Below are positions 1 through 13,268 of a stretch of 64,000 bases of DNA, in pieces; the stretch's first letter is position 1; each line of letters begins with the position of its first letter. The notes below the pieces were generated by a model that was not told the DNA's origin, did not search any database, and saw only the letters and a program-made list of their open reading frames with translations. The position numbers were made by a program, and so were the translations under genes. The stretch is from NCBI RefSeq assembly GCF_964188315.1, contig NC_135656.1:77252001-77316000 (forward strand). The letters run 5' to 3'. The DNA comes from Podarcis muralis. Taxonomy: Eukaryota.

Positions 1-562
1 AGCTTAAGCAGACGTTAAGTAACATGAATAATGCATCCTCACCTCTCAATCATTATTCTGCCTAACTCTGGAAGAGAGGAGGAGATTCTGTGCAGAAAGA
101 TTATTTTTTAAAAACCAATTTATTTGTGTGAAAAGAGAGTTATGGGATGCTATTACTACTCTATTCCCTTGGCTGAAACTCATATGTAACAGTGGGTGGC
201 GAGTGTTCCTGAAAGCAACTCTCTCTTACACTTCCACTTGCATTTTGCTATGCGAGACTACTGAAGGTGTCCGTAGGGACACTGTGTGGGTAGCACTAGG
301 ACTCATTTCTGAGTTCTGAAGTCCAGAAGACAAATGCGAGTGGAAAGCACACTTCAACCATTCTGGGACAGGCTTCATGTTCACATTCTCAAGGGAGAGA
401 CCTAGAAGTGTCCTAGCTGTTTTGTTTTTATAGTTCAAGGGATTTTTTTCTAGTTCAAGGGCATCTTGAGCTACACATGTATCAGACTTCAGGTTTCTAA
501 CCTGCAAAGAACAACAAAAGCACAGGGATTCAGTCAGTTTCAAGCATCTTTATAGAAATGTA

Positions 563-667
563 GCACCAGCCTTCTCCAGATGTTTTAGACCAGCTCCAGC
601 TAGCGCGACCAGGACTGATGGGAGTTGTAGTCTAAAACATCTGGAAGGTATCAGGACGGGGATGGCT
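563..667. mobile_element. Degenerate hAT-type fold-back MITE
   Basis: Inverted arms tccagatgttttagac / gtctaaaacatctgga. Same core (ccagatgtttt...aaaacatctgg) as the clean hAT MITE at 62142-62277. TSD not resolved. Confidence 0.6.
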
Positions 668-1670
668 GTGTGGTGTGTGACAGTGAGAGTGACTGATTTA
701 TTGTAGGTTTTTGAAATGAACTTTTCCATGGAAATTGCTTCTGACTCTTAGTCTGAAGAATATATGCAGAAAAAGTGCAGTGATGGGGCAATTGACTGAC
801 ATCTTGCTTACCAATCCTATTATCATCTCTTCATGGGTGAGGTGAGTCTTAGTCTGTGCAAGGAAGAACCAGGAAAAGCATGTAGCTTCCCCCTCATTTT
901 CCCCACCTAGAAAAACCCTTATGCAAGCTAAGAAAATGTGATATTTAGGCAATGCACTTCCAGAGCAGATTTGCTCTATTTTCCTGTTATCCCAGCCAAG
1001 TCCCATAGGCACAATTAGTCGCCCACATGACCGAAATACAAACTCCATTCAACTGTTATTTACAGTGACCTTCTAAATACTTTCAGATGTTTGGGAGCTG
1101 TGCATACCAAGAGCTTTACTGATATTTGCAAGTCAAGTCTTGGACTTGTTCCATATCTGTCTAAATAAACGATCCAAATGCAAGCATCTGTTAAAACATA
1201 TTCATCAGCTTAACTGTCTTATATGTACATCTGAAGCAACACAGCATTGCATTCTCTATCACAAAAGGGCATTAGTTTACAAATGCAGAATATGTTTTAT
1301 AAATTGTAGAAGAGTATGTTTATACAAATATTTAAGAGAGGAAATAAAAGTGACAAATGTGCTCATTTGTTTTCAGTAGTATGCAAATACTTTTGAATAA
1401 ACATTAAAGAGAAGAGTAATTAAAAGTGTAGGGTAAAATGGTGAATGTGGTGGGTATTGTATAAACAGCAGATCATGACAAATTTAATAGCAAAGCTGAT
1501 GTTGTTGGCCTACGGCTCTCATCATCTCTAACTATTAGCAATTCTGGCTGGGCTGATGGGAGCTGGTCTTGAGCAACACCTGGAAAGGCCACAGATTCCC
1601 CATGCTTACAGGACTGGGCTTTCAGGACAATAAAAAATGACAGTCCCTACAGGAAAGGGCTTTCTGCACA

Positions 1671-1673
1671 ATT

Positions 1674-1704
<31 letters not shown>

Positions 1705-1951
1705 TTATTATTAAGTTTGTATAGCACCCTTCATTCATAGATCTCAGGGCAGTTCACAACATAAAAATACTGTATAGAAAAAACCCACAAAATACGTAAT
1801 AAAAATAAGAACAGAACAAAACCAATAATTCCTCCTCCCACAACAGATATAAAAGGGTATCAGATGTTAACCAGCTAAAGGCCTGGTTGAAGAGGAACGT
1901 TTTTGCCTGACACCTAAAGGGGTACAATGAAGGCGCCAGTCGAACCTCCCT
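1671..1951 (-). mobile_element. L2-like LINE 3' fragment with (TTTA)n tail
   Basis: The (ttta)n run is followed by gtatagcacccttc...atctcagggcagttcacaac...gcctggttgaagaggaacgtttttgcctg, which resembles the reverse complement of squamate L2 3' ends as I recall them. Boundaries approximate. Confidence 0.6.
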
Positions 1952-1959
1952 GCTATTAA

Positions 1960-2350
1960 GATTTCAGCAAAATATTTGACACAACATTATGTGCAAAGTT
2001 TTAGAAAGGCAGGAAAGTAAACAATCAATAGATATAGAGCTGTGACAGCCACTGATGAAGTTTGTGGATGGCATCAGGTGCAGAGGATCTAAAACTCCAT
2101 TCCCTTTATTGGCATCAATAGTAATAGCAGAATTATACAGCATTAACTGTATAAGCAAAGGACTAGTGTAAGAGAAATGTGATAAAATACAATGGTAGGA
2201 GTGGAAAGGCATGCCTTTTGGAACTCAGAACAGTGATTCATGGGCTTGAGATTCAGACAAAATTACCATGAATCAATATGCTGTTGCCATAGGGAAAGCA
2301 ACTGCAATTCTATGATGCATTAAATGTTTGGTACTGGCAAGTCCTCACTT
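1960..2350 (+). mobile_element. Highly decayed CR1 LINE reverse-transcriptase fragment
   Basis: gatttcagcaaaatatttgacaca = DFSKIFDT (cf. CR1 DFSKAFDT). ctgatgaagtttgtggat = LMKFVD (cf. LSKFADD). Frames are broken. Confidence 0.6.
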
Positions 2351-2448
2351 AGAATGCCAGAAAGCTGTAAAGAATGCTTGAGGCCCAGCTGTAACAGTTT
2401 ATAGAAAACAGCTACTGATATGATCACAGAAATATATATGACAATGCT

Positions 2449-2884
2449 CAGGGCTGACCCAAGACATTTTGGCACCCCCCACCCCACCCGGGGAAGAAGG
2501 AGTGAGTGAAGTTCTACATCAGGAACAAGAATGGGGAGGAATCAAATCAACCTCCCCCAATGGTTGAAGTGGAAATTATTGCAAGTGGGAGAAGGGACCC
2601 ACACTGAATCATGCCAGGTAGGTGCAGAGCCCAGAGGGCAGCCCACGCCATTTCCTTCCTAGGGGTGGGAGGAGACCAGCATAACCTCCTCTTCACCGAG
2701 AGGCCACTATAGAGGCTGAATTTGGGGGGCTGCCAAAGAGGCAGCAGATCTGGCCTCCAAGGAGTGTGTGGCAGAGGTGGTGGCAGCAAGCAAAGCATTT
2801 CTTGGAGGGTGGATCTTGCTGCCTCAGTGGATCCTGCCACCTGAGGCAGTTGCCTCAGCTTGTCTCATGGGTGGGCTGGCGCTG
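2449..2884. mobile_element. Non-autonomous hAT DNA transposon (CAGGGC-type termini)
   Basis: Perfect 8-bp TSD ACAATGCT at 2441-2448 and 2885-2892. Termini cagggctgaccc...gggctggcgctg. An 8-bp TSD is the hAT hallmark. Confidence 0.8.
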
Positions 2885-3353
2885 ACAATGCTACAAGTTA
2901 TGGGTCCAACTCCAGGTTTTTATGGACTCTGGACAACATACCTGTAGTGAGCTTTCCTTCTCCGTTCCGCCTCCCCACCCTCAAGTTACATAATGATACA
3001 AAGCTGGGGTAGCTACCCTGAGTTTTAATCATCTGTTCGTCTATTCTCCTGCACCAACATGTACTACCTTCTCTTTTGCAGACGGTATGGTATGAATCTC
3101 TTTTGAAAAGCAAGGTATTGAACTTGAGAGAAGGGAGAAGTAGGAAGGCAATGGGCAGTAGTAGCTGCTGTGCATTCTCTCCCCTCCAGGCTCGGCCCAG
3201 AAGGAGGAATTTTGTGGTGATAGTGACAGAAAGCGGAAGAGAGGACAAAGCTCCACCAGGATCTGCAACCAACCAAATGTTTGACCTGGAGTGAATGCAA
3301 TTAGGCACCAATGCCAGCCTGCTTCTACAATCTGGGCACAGCATGAGAAGGCA

Positions 3354-3692
3354 GGAGTAGGTGGCGCTGTGGTCCAAACCACTGAGCCTCTTGGACTTGC
3401 TGATCAGAAGGTTGGCAGTTCAAATCCGTGTGATAGGGTGAGCTCCCATTGCTCTGTGCCAGCTTCTGCCAACCTAGCAGTTTGAAAGCACACCAGTGCA
3501 AGTAGATAAATAGGTACTGCTGCGTCAGGAAGATAAACAGCATTTCTGTGCACTCTGGCTTCTATCACAGTTTAGTAATGCTGGCCACATGACCGAGAAA
3601 TCTTTCTGTTGACAAACACCAGCTCCCTTGGCCTGAAGTGAGATGAGCCCCATTTGACTAGACTTAACCATCCAGCAGTCCTTTACCTCACC
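3354..3692 (+). mobile_element. Sauria SINE, old and CpG-decayed
   Basis: A-box-like gtggcgctgtgg, degenerate B-box gttcaaatcc, conserved gccaacctagcagtttgaaagca and gtagataaataggtac blocks, ctttacct-type tail. Aligns by eye to 41085-41447. Confidence 0.85.
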
Positions 3693-4238
3693 TTTGTGTG
3701 TGGTCTGGCTTGGCGTGGGCATGAGACTTGCTCCTAGGCACTTAACGAAACACTGAAGTGGACTGGTGACCAACCCCAAATAGATGAGGCATAGGTTGCT
3801 GCAAGGAAGAACACCCCACTCAAAAAACAAAACAAAAAACACATATTTGATTGGAATAGGCTAATAAATAATAAGGACTTCTCGAGTGGTCTCACTAGCC
3901 AGTTCACCACTAAGCAATTTGGCTTATGAAATATCACATTATTTTATTATGCAGTTTAATGATTCCATGTAAATGCTAATAAGATATATAGCCACTACAC
4001 ACCATTACTGAAGATGGCACTAAAAGATGATTAATGAATCACTTATATTGTAAGGTTGCATTTCAAAGGACCTTGATTTGCTTACCCAACAATGCCACTG
4101 AAGGAGAAATCGGGCAAAACAGCAAAACAACAACCATTCAAGGACAGACTGATAGCAGAAATATTTTCAGAAAGTATAGACAGTCAAGTATGCCCAAATG
4201 GTGCATGTTTCTTACTGGAAACAATTTCCCTATGTAGT

Positions 4239-4485
4239 GAAGAAGAAGAAGAGTTTGGATTTGATATCCCGCTTTATCACTACTCTAAGGAGTCTCAAAG
4301 TGGCTAACAATCTCCTTTCCCTTCCTCCCCCACAACAAACACTCTGAGGTGAGTGAGGCTGAGAGACTTCAGAGAAGTGTGACTGGCCCAAGGTCACCCA
4401 GCAGCTGCATGTGGAGGAGCAGGGAATCAAACCCGGTTCACCAGATTATGAGTCCACCGCTCTTAACCACTACATCACGCATGGC
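4239..4485 (-). mobile_element. Squam3-like (MIR/Ther1-derived) tRNA SINE with (CTT)n tail
   Basis: (gaa)n tail, then gagtttggatttgatatcccgctttatcac...ctgggtgaccttgg core. The minus-strand head has A-box gtgatgtagtggttaaga and B-box ggtttgattcc. Second copy at 13269-13509. Confidence 0.8.
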
Positions 4486-5954
4486 ATGAGATGTTGGCAT
4501 TTTGAAGAAAATCTTGAAGCTGCAAAGCTGCAGCCCTGCTGTGTTTTCTCCTCTCTTGTTCTTTTGCTTCCTTTTTGGAGTTTGCGTTATTTGAAGCCTT
4601 TTTATCTGGACAACATGACCATCAAATGTAAGGCATCAATGGAGTGTATAAAACTTCAGACACAGGCTCAGGAGAAGAAACCATCTGGAATTGTTTCCAG
4701 CTGTGTTGACATTTCTCATGGAAAGTATTTTGGGAAACGTCCCCATCAGAGGTTAGAATGCTACTTCCAAATCTTGCAATTTACTTCATGAAACTCTCTA
4801 AACGGTGTGATCTGGTTTATTTAGAACATTCAGTATTAATATGACAAAACACCACTGTGTGGTGGGTAGCGACAGACTAACATCCTGTTCAGCTGAAGAG
4901 GGGTTGCACCTCTGTGAGCATTTAGATTGCTTCTTTGCAAGGATTTATGTCAGGCGCTTGCAAAAAATTCAGAACTGCCTCTTTCCTTTGCCATGTCTCA
5001 CTTCCCCTTCCCCAGAGACCCAGTTGCTTACCTTGGGCAGTGGAGAGCCTATCCCAAAGAGTTTGTTTGCTTTCTGGGTATACCAATGTATGTACCAATT
5101 TCAAAATCCCCAGCAGGACCAATACCGTTTTCACTTGCTTTCTGCCTCCTTCCTCTGTTGCAAGGTAAGTTTCTAGTCCCTTTGGAAAAGGAAAGTGGAA
5201 GGCACTGGCAGGCTTGAGGTGAGCTGCACCATAGGAGCATTCCATCAGTGGTTTTTGCAAGCACCCCGTTGAAAAGTTCACTACATTCTGGGTAGTGGAG
5301 AACTAGGTGAATGAACAGATGAGATGGGCAACGCTTTCCTTTCTTCAGTATTTAGAATGGACTTGTGAGTTCCCATGACCCCATCTTCAAAACTTAACTT
5401 TCAAGATGCAGCAACCATGGGCTGGGGGTGGGAGGTGGAGGGAGTGAAATTCTAAGGACCTAGAAGCTTGGGCGATTATAACTCCCAGGCACTGGAAAAT
5501 TCACGTGATAGGCCAAATGAAGGTCTGAAGAACAACCTTACCCTTTGTATCACTTCTACCTCACTGCTGATGCTGGAAGGTAGGGAAGTTTTGAAAGGGA
5601 GGACAACTTGGGACTTAATTACAAAATAAAAACCTGAATTTCAAAGGGATTTTGACATCATTATTAAAAAGAAAATCTGCTCTTTCTGACATTTAGCTAC
5701 TTCAGTACAGCTCAGTTGCCTGCCTGTTCATTATTTCTCACAATTCAGGCCCTGTTTTGCCCCTTTGTGGAGCTGTCTGCATGATGTCTCTATTGTCTTT
5801 CCAGTGTGCGTTGAAGACCTTCCTTTTCCAACAAGCCTTTTAAATGGAGGTTTTTTTAAAAAATCCCAGTCTATATTTGTAATTGGATTTGAATTATTTA
5901 TATATATTTAAGTTTTTACTGTTAAATAGCTTCTGGCTGTTTCATGGAAAGGAA

Positions 5955-5958
<4 letters not shown>

Positions 5959-5995
<37 letters not shown>
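5959..5995. repeat. (GA)n microsatellite
   Basis: Direct reading. Confidence 0.95.
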
Positions 5996-5997
<2 letters not shown>

Positions 5998-6700
5998 CAT
6001 TTATTCAAAGGCAACCCATTCTGAGCTTGATATAATATTGATCCTGCTTGTTTCAGTGAAACCTGCCCTCCCACTTTCAGTTCCTCTCCTTGTTTCTGGA
6101 GCTAGGTAGAATTGAAAGAGACAGGAAATATATTCACTTTAGCACCACTTCTTTCCCTGGTACTCTTCTTTCAATGACCTTCCATATAAAGACAATGCTG
6201 CAGAAAGATCAATGTTTTTATATTAACCACTTAAGAGAATGTACTATGCTTTAAAATTACAGTTTATTTCTAGTCTGGGATCATAAGTGAAAAAAGACAT
6301 CAGAAGTAAAAAGAAAAAGAAAATAGGCAACAGTTTAATTTCCTTCCAACTGCTGGTGTAAAGCCTAAGAAGGTTGCAAGAAAAGCAGGGAGCACCATGA
6401 AAAAGGTTTCTGAAAGTTTAAGGTGACCACCTCAGTGGAGGGAATGCCACAAGCCATGTAAACCATTGCTCAGGGAATGTGATTCAATGAGGTCATAAGA
6501 AGTGTTGAAAATAGAACAGCTGTGCTTGTGCATGGTATGATAACATATCACTGGTAAATGCTCCTGCAATTTATATTTAAAGTTAGACTAGGTTGCATAT
6601 ATTGGTTATATGGAGATTTGTGTATATTTAATTATTTTAAATAAAATTCCAAGTTGTTTACTTCCCTCATTATATAAGCAGATATATCTGCCATTATAGC

Positions 6701-7157
6701 AGGTCAGTATAGTTAAAGCCATGGTTTTCTCAGTAGTGATGTTTGGAAGTGAGAGCTGGACCAGAAAGAAGGCTGATCGCCGAAGAATCAATGCTTTTGA
6801 ATTATGGTGCTGGAGGACTCTTGAGAGTCCCATGGACAGCAAGAAGATCAAATCTACCCATTCTTAAGGAAATCAGCCCTGAGCGCTCACTGGAAGGACA
6901 GATCGTGAAGCTGAGACTCCAATACTTGGCCACCTCATGAGAAAAGAAGACTCCCTGGAAAAGACCCTGATGCTGGGAAAGATGGAGGGCACAAGGAGAA
7001 GGGGACGACAGAGGACGAGATGGTTGGACAGTGTTCTTGAAGCTACTAGCATGAGTTTGACCAAACTGCGGGAGGCAGTGGAAGACAGGAGTGCCTGGCG
7101 TGCTCAGGTCCATGGGGTCATGAAGAGTCGGACACGACTAAACAACTAAACAACAAC
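6701..7157 (+). mobile_element. BovB (RTE) LINE, 5'-truncated 3' end
   Basis: Encodes the BovB C-terminal peptide (KAMVF..ESWT..AFELWCWRRLLRVPWTARRSN..GHLMRKEDSLEKTLMLGK) and ends gagtcggacacgactaaacaactaaacaacaac. Confidence 0.93.
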
Positions 7158-10100
7158 ATCCTACTGGTCTGCATTGGAAATTAATATCCCAGGCATGTTC
7201 CCAGTTTGATGTAGTTTAGATCTTTAGAATATAAAAGAAATGGAACCTTTGAAAAAAATCTTCTGAAGCCTAAACACTTTAGGATAAAGAAGTCAAGGCC
7301 TTGCTTTATTAGTGTAGCATTTATCCTATTCACAAAGTATTGGCTTTTATTCATTGATTTTTTTCATTTTCCTGGACTCCCCCCCCCCCCCGCCACTGAA
7401 TCGAAAGATTATGACACTGCAATTTAAAAAATGTATTCTATATGAAATAGCTGGTTCCAGTTTGGATTTAAAATCCATAGTTCTGCAATGCCATCTTTGG
7501 TTATGTATAATTTAGAAGGGGCAACTGCAGCTCATGTGATTTCTCTCTCTCTTTAGTAACAAGAGATTCACTGGACAAAGTAAAATTCTTGTTCTATATA
7601 ACACTGTGAAGCTTGGAGAAAAGCTACACATTTATACCAATGCAGGTTTAAGAGTACAAATCCTCTCTAAATTTTCATTAATCTGCTTACTTATCTCTGA
7701 ATGCATTTAAGTCCACTTTAAGTTGCTCAGTGGTTTAATGCATAATGGCTAAATCTCATGGTTTTGAATATCCTAGCAGCTGCTGGGACTGATACAGTGC
7801 AAAATTTTGCTTTGGAAAGTACCTACACCATAAGGTTCATTCAGAAATGGAACTTCCTATCCACCTTCCCTTCAATAACATACACCTTGGATCCAAAGGA
7901 ATACAGTGCTTCTAGAAGGCAAGTTCAGCTCAATCACAAGAATGTACCTCACTGAATTCAGTGGAATTTACTCCAAGGAAGTGTGCAGAAATTTTCAGCC
8001 TTGTCTAATTAGTATGCAGAGATATGTGCCTTCCACCATCCTTCATCTAGGCTTGGCACATATGGTAAAGCAGGAATGATGAGCACTACAGATATATTAC
8101 CCTTTCTTTTTTAGTATTATCCATCTGTTAACAAGCCTAAACAAAAAGAGAAGTGTGTGTTACCAGATTTATCAACTTCTAAATCATCTTTTTGAAATGT
8201 AGATGAAATAAAACAGAAATTCCTGATATAATTCCCCCCCCCGGAACTAGCAATGTTTTATGCAAGTCTATTTTTCTAGGAAAAGAGGTACTGGAACTCA
8301 TCATAAACACTTCCATTGTTCTCTTATAATAGCAATGATGCCCACTTAAGATGTGCAAGAAATGATTTCCGGTGACTTCTGGCTGAAAAAAAAGCCCCGG
8401 GCTTCTTGTTCTATGGGTGTTTCTGATATCCTCAGCAAAACACTGATACAGCAGCCATAAATGACATAAATGGGGCACAATCTAGTATTTCTTAGTCAGC
8501 TAGTGGACCCCTTGAAAATAATGACCCTAGCTTAGTCATGTTAATTAATTTCAGTTTGGTCTGAATCAAACTTAGTTGAATACCACCCATAGATTTCAAT
8601 GGGAGAGTTCTGCATGAATGGGACATTAATACTGCAAACCCATATATATCTGCTCAGAAGCAAGCCCCCTTTAGTTCAAGCATTTGTATGAAATTGAAGA
8701 CTTAAGCAGTGAACAAACCTTGGCTGGATTTTGCCCAGAGAATATCAAAGCAACTTTAATAAAGAGGAATTGACAATGATGAGATACCAGAAATGACTGG
8801 CCAATGAACTTGGGAGGGACAGGGTTTTATTTTTTTCAAAGAGTAATTAACAGATCTGAGAAAAAGGACTGCAAATGCATCTTCCACAAATACCCAGCAA
8901 TTTTCAGCACTTGTTTCTGCTCAATTAAATAACGTGACAGTGGAGAAGACAATTGCTACAGTAGTAGCAGGAGGAAGGCAGCTGTTTCTTGGTGTTAGCA
9001 GTCTGTTTTTGACTCATTACACTGGAAGTTCTGGTACAAAAGCATTATATTCTACAGTGTTCTCGACCAGCTCAGATACTGGCCTTAGGCTTTTTGTGCC
9101 AAGTCCTATTTATAGCAGTGATATATAGCAGTAAAAACAGTGATAAAATCTGACAGTAATATTGAAGGCTCCCATAAGCATGGTATATGGAATTCTGTGA
9201 TCAGAAATCCTATACTCTGTCTAAAAAGCATGTAGAGTAGGCCATTTGAATTAGCAATTTTTATTTTGGCTGCCTAATTTGAAGTTAGTTCCTGCATCAT
9301 TTTAAACTTCTACTGTATACCTGATGGGTTAGGGTAGAGGAGCACAACTGGGATGAGGTAAATATTGAGTACCATATATCATATCCTTTTTTCTTTTTTT
9401 TTAAATAGTCTTGTGTTTTGGGCAATAATGAATTGGAAGGGCTTTGAGGACTGGTAGAAGGAACAAACTAGGTTCCCTCTCTCTACTGCCAGCAGATGAA
9501 AGAAGGGGAAACTGGTCCTGCAGGAACCTAGCATCTTCACATAGCATTGCCCTGATCATTTTGCTCTAATATTTGGATAAAAAATCTATATTAGTTTATT
9601 TAAACAAACGCGTTTGTAACTCACCTTTGGGCAGTTTTCTTTTGATACACAGACTAAAATAATATCAATGGTTCTAAATGGGAAATAGTTTTATTACCAA
9701 ATTATGCATTAAATTGCATGAAAATAATCATTGGTGGAATGGGGGTGGTAAATAAAGAGTATCTGTGTATTTTTTTTACATTTTAAACAACTGGTTTCAA
9801 GTTTCAGATGACAAGGATCAGGTGTACATATTTTACAATTTTGTTTGAAAGATTTCATGACGTGCCCACTAAATCCCTTTTGAAAACTGCTTAATGCAAT
9901 TTTGTTTACAATACAAAATGAAACGGAACTGTGCACCTGCACTTTATTCTATTGTGGTGACAAACAGATTCTTAAACTCATGAGGTGGGTGCAGAACTCC
10001 CAAAATCTGAATTGTTAGGAGACTGTTTTGTTTGCTTTCTGAGTCTTTCATCATATTTTACTCAGCAGCTGTGAGGTCAAGGAAGGATGCAATTCCCATC

Positions 10101-11129
10101 AGTTAAAACCCAGTTGGAGTTGTGAGATTGACTTCACATGCAGAGATGTTGATTACACCTTTAATCATATTTAAAATAATAGATCAAGCTGTTCATGAAT
10201 TGAATAGAACTGTGTCAACCATACAAAAATATCCTCCTTGCATTCTTAAGACCATATGTTGCTCACACCTCTTTTGTTGATTTCAAAAATCAAACTTTAA
10301 AGGAGGGCATAATGGTTGATGCAGGTCCTCTTCACTTTGTTTGAGGGGAGTATTACCTTTTTTTGCATGGTACTTACTGCCAATATTTATTTACAGGAAA
10401 ATGTTAAAATCCTGCCCTTTAGTTTGGCTTACAATTAAACAAATTAAAACAATGTGTAGTATGCTGTGCTCCAGGTGTGGTGAACCTTTGACCCTCAGAC
10501 ATTAATGAATTACAATTGCTGGGTCTGATGTAGCTGTCATTCTGGACAACCACAAGCAACACACGGCTAATAACGTTCTAACAAAATACTTATAACCTTA
10601 TATTATTTCGCAGATCATAAGCAGAAACTATGTACTTCTTGCATCAAGTCACAAATAATAGGAGTTGAGTAAATATTCCATGAATGGAATTAGAGAGCGT
10701 AGTCAGTCAGTATCAGAGAACGCTGAAATGAAGGCAAATTGCCTTTCAACAGTCCAAACCCTGTAGATGTGCGGTGACAGGTGCTCCGAACGTAGAACAG
10801 TTTTTCCGGATAATGAACTGTTTCAAAATTGATTCTTCATCAGCTATTGAGTTGTCCCTATAGGTACTTTAAATAGCCATGACTCAGCAATCACTTAACA
10901 GTGTAGAAGCTGTCATTCAGCAGCATTTGGGGGAACAAACATTCCCCACACTTCTGTAGCCCATAGCTAGAGGTAAATTAAACAATCAGGAAGCTTCCTC
11001 AAGCAACTTTGTCAATGTCTGGGAGAGAGATCCACTGATGGCACTTTTGGAGAGGACACACAGAGAAGTTGCTTAGCATCTTATCCATTGGTTGATGTAT
11101 CCCCTATATAACTATGGGAAAGATCAAAG

Positions 11130-11910
11130 GGGCCCCAAAGTCAAACTGCTGTGTTAGCAGCACCAAAATGACCTCCCTGGGGCACAAACCTGGGCAGTTC
11201 ATATGCAGGTCATGCCTGCCCAGACAACAAGACTCCCCCCTCAGCCAAAGGCAAGCAGAGCAATATGTATGGCACCAACTTGGCTGCAGGAATTGCCACA
11301 AGGAGGCATACAAGGCACCATCCAACCACCTTAAGGACTCCACTCTAGATTTATGTAGGGTTTACTCCTTAGCATTTTCTTCTGAAGATATCCTACAAGG
11401 CAGTGGAGGTTTAGGATAAGGGTATTCATTCTCCTAGATGGACTACCTTCCCAGGTTGATAAGCCCCATCTGCCCCTCACTTCCCTTTCCAGCATGTGCA
11501 GAAACCACCTTCTTGACCTTTGGACCCACTATTGGTCTCGCCTGCTCAATCCTCCAGAGCCTGCCTTTGCATGCTGGAAAAGTCCCTAACTCACCAAGGG
11601 TTTGAGACCCATTGGCTACTCTCCCCTGGTTTAGCTGGCTAGTTGAAGCCATTTCTCAGGGTTTATGGGGTGTTGGGAGAGGAGTAATACCTCATGAGTA
11701 TTACTCATCTTGCTTATGCACTTCTCTGTTTCACACAATGGTGTATGGGGTATATAGGATGCTTAGTACCTCTGGTGGAATATACATTGTGCTCTTTCTG
11801 GAGTATTGTGTCCACCTTTGGGTCCCCACCCTGCACTCAGCTCCCACCTGTTACTCCTAGAAGCTGTCAGCAAGCAATAGCAGCCACAACTCAGGAAACA
11901 GCTTCAGGAA
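11130..11910 (-). mobile_element. RTE-like non-autonomous retroelement with inverted 5' segment
   Basis: 11130-11670 aligns collinearly with 22150-22770. 11715-11910 matches the reverse complement of 22770-22945. Family assignment rests on the recalled RTE 5'-UTR motif ctaggagaagg-aaactctgatcc and on the CAA-type tail of the other copy. Confidence 0.55.
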
Positions 11911-13268
11911 GCACAGATGCTGCGGTAAAAGGAGAAAAGTAAAGAAGTCACAGACACTGAAAATGAGAATGAGAAATTAATGCTTAATTCATTTCCTTGT
12001 TTAATATGCAACTGTTGGGCTATAACCTATGATAAGACACAAGAGAGTTGTGGGGGCAACATTTCATTTTTCTAAGGGAGCAAGAATCCTTGGGCCAGCC
12101 ATATAATGCACTCATGTGTATTAGCCATCTGGCTGAGCTTTGCTAAATATATTCCTTGTCCTACAGGCATCTCTAGTGTGTTGAATATCATTTGCCTGTA
12201 CTCTCAGTCTCTAATCTGACTTGGATACATAATCGCTTGAGAGTGTTGGCTTTAAGGGAAGGAGTTGGACTCAGTAATGATTGGATCCATTCCTGAGCCA
12301 TATTTCTATGTCCCTCACATCCAGAGCTCTCCGATTCAGAGGATTCTTCATTTACAATAGAAGAGAAAAATACTTCGGTTATAACCTAAGAAAGCCTTTG
12401 GACACTAGAATTGGCTAAAATAGCTTTTCTCTCTTTCCCCCCATTGCAAATCCCTCAAAGAAGTATTCTGTGTGAGCAAAACCTTCCCTCTAACAACCCC
12501 CCTCATCATTTTAAACCGCTAGGCATGGAAGATTTTCTTGCTTCAGGAAGTAGTATTTGAATCTTCTGTAGCTAAAGCTGCAAAATAGGATCAGAACTAT
12601 CATTTATTTATATGGTGTGTGCCCCCAGCCCCAGATGCTCAGTTTTCTCTTTTCACGCTGGCAGTCTAATTTTATAATAGATTTTCTCACTGCATGTTGT
12701 AGCTGGGAACAAGTGATAGACATACTGATACAGGAGAATGTATGTCCACATGCTTCTGAGCAGGAGATATTTTTCCATCAGGGAAGTTATTAAGAGAACA
12801 ATCCTGTGCTCTCTGGGAGGGTGGCTGAGAGGCCATAGGGTTTTGTGGGTCTCCCTCTCCCACTGCTGGAGGCCTCTTGATATGGTGGCTCAAAGCTCTG
12901 CTGCCACAGTTCCCCTGTTTGGCAGTGGACCCAGAAAAAGCATGTTGGGGGAATCCATGGATAGATAGGCCCCCACATTCCCCTTATACACATATGACCC
13001 AGAGCTACACTAGGGCTGAAGATAACATTGTAAATTCTGTTCCATTGAGAGGAAAGGTTAAAAGGCAGGAGAATAAACTCACCACCCTACTTTCTGCCTT
13101 GGCAGAGGGCACTGGCTGTAGCAGTTACTCTGCCACATATTCTGCCCCCTCCCAAGAATCCCCACACCATAGAGCTGCTCTGCCAATGAGTTTCCCATCT
13201 GCCACTTAATAGCTGTGGAGGAGTCTGCTAGAAGGATGCAGCAGGAGGAAAATTGATGAAACATGGAT

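Noticed and set aside
180-360. CpG-containing block with hairpin GTGTCC-GTAG-GGACAC
   Set aside because: A 6-bp stem is not significant and the family is not recognisable.
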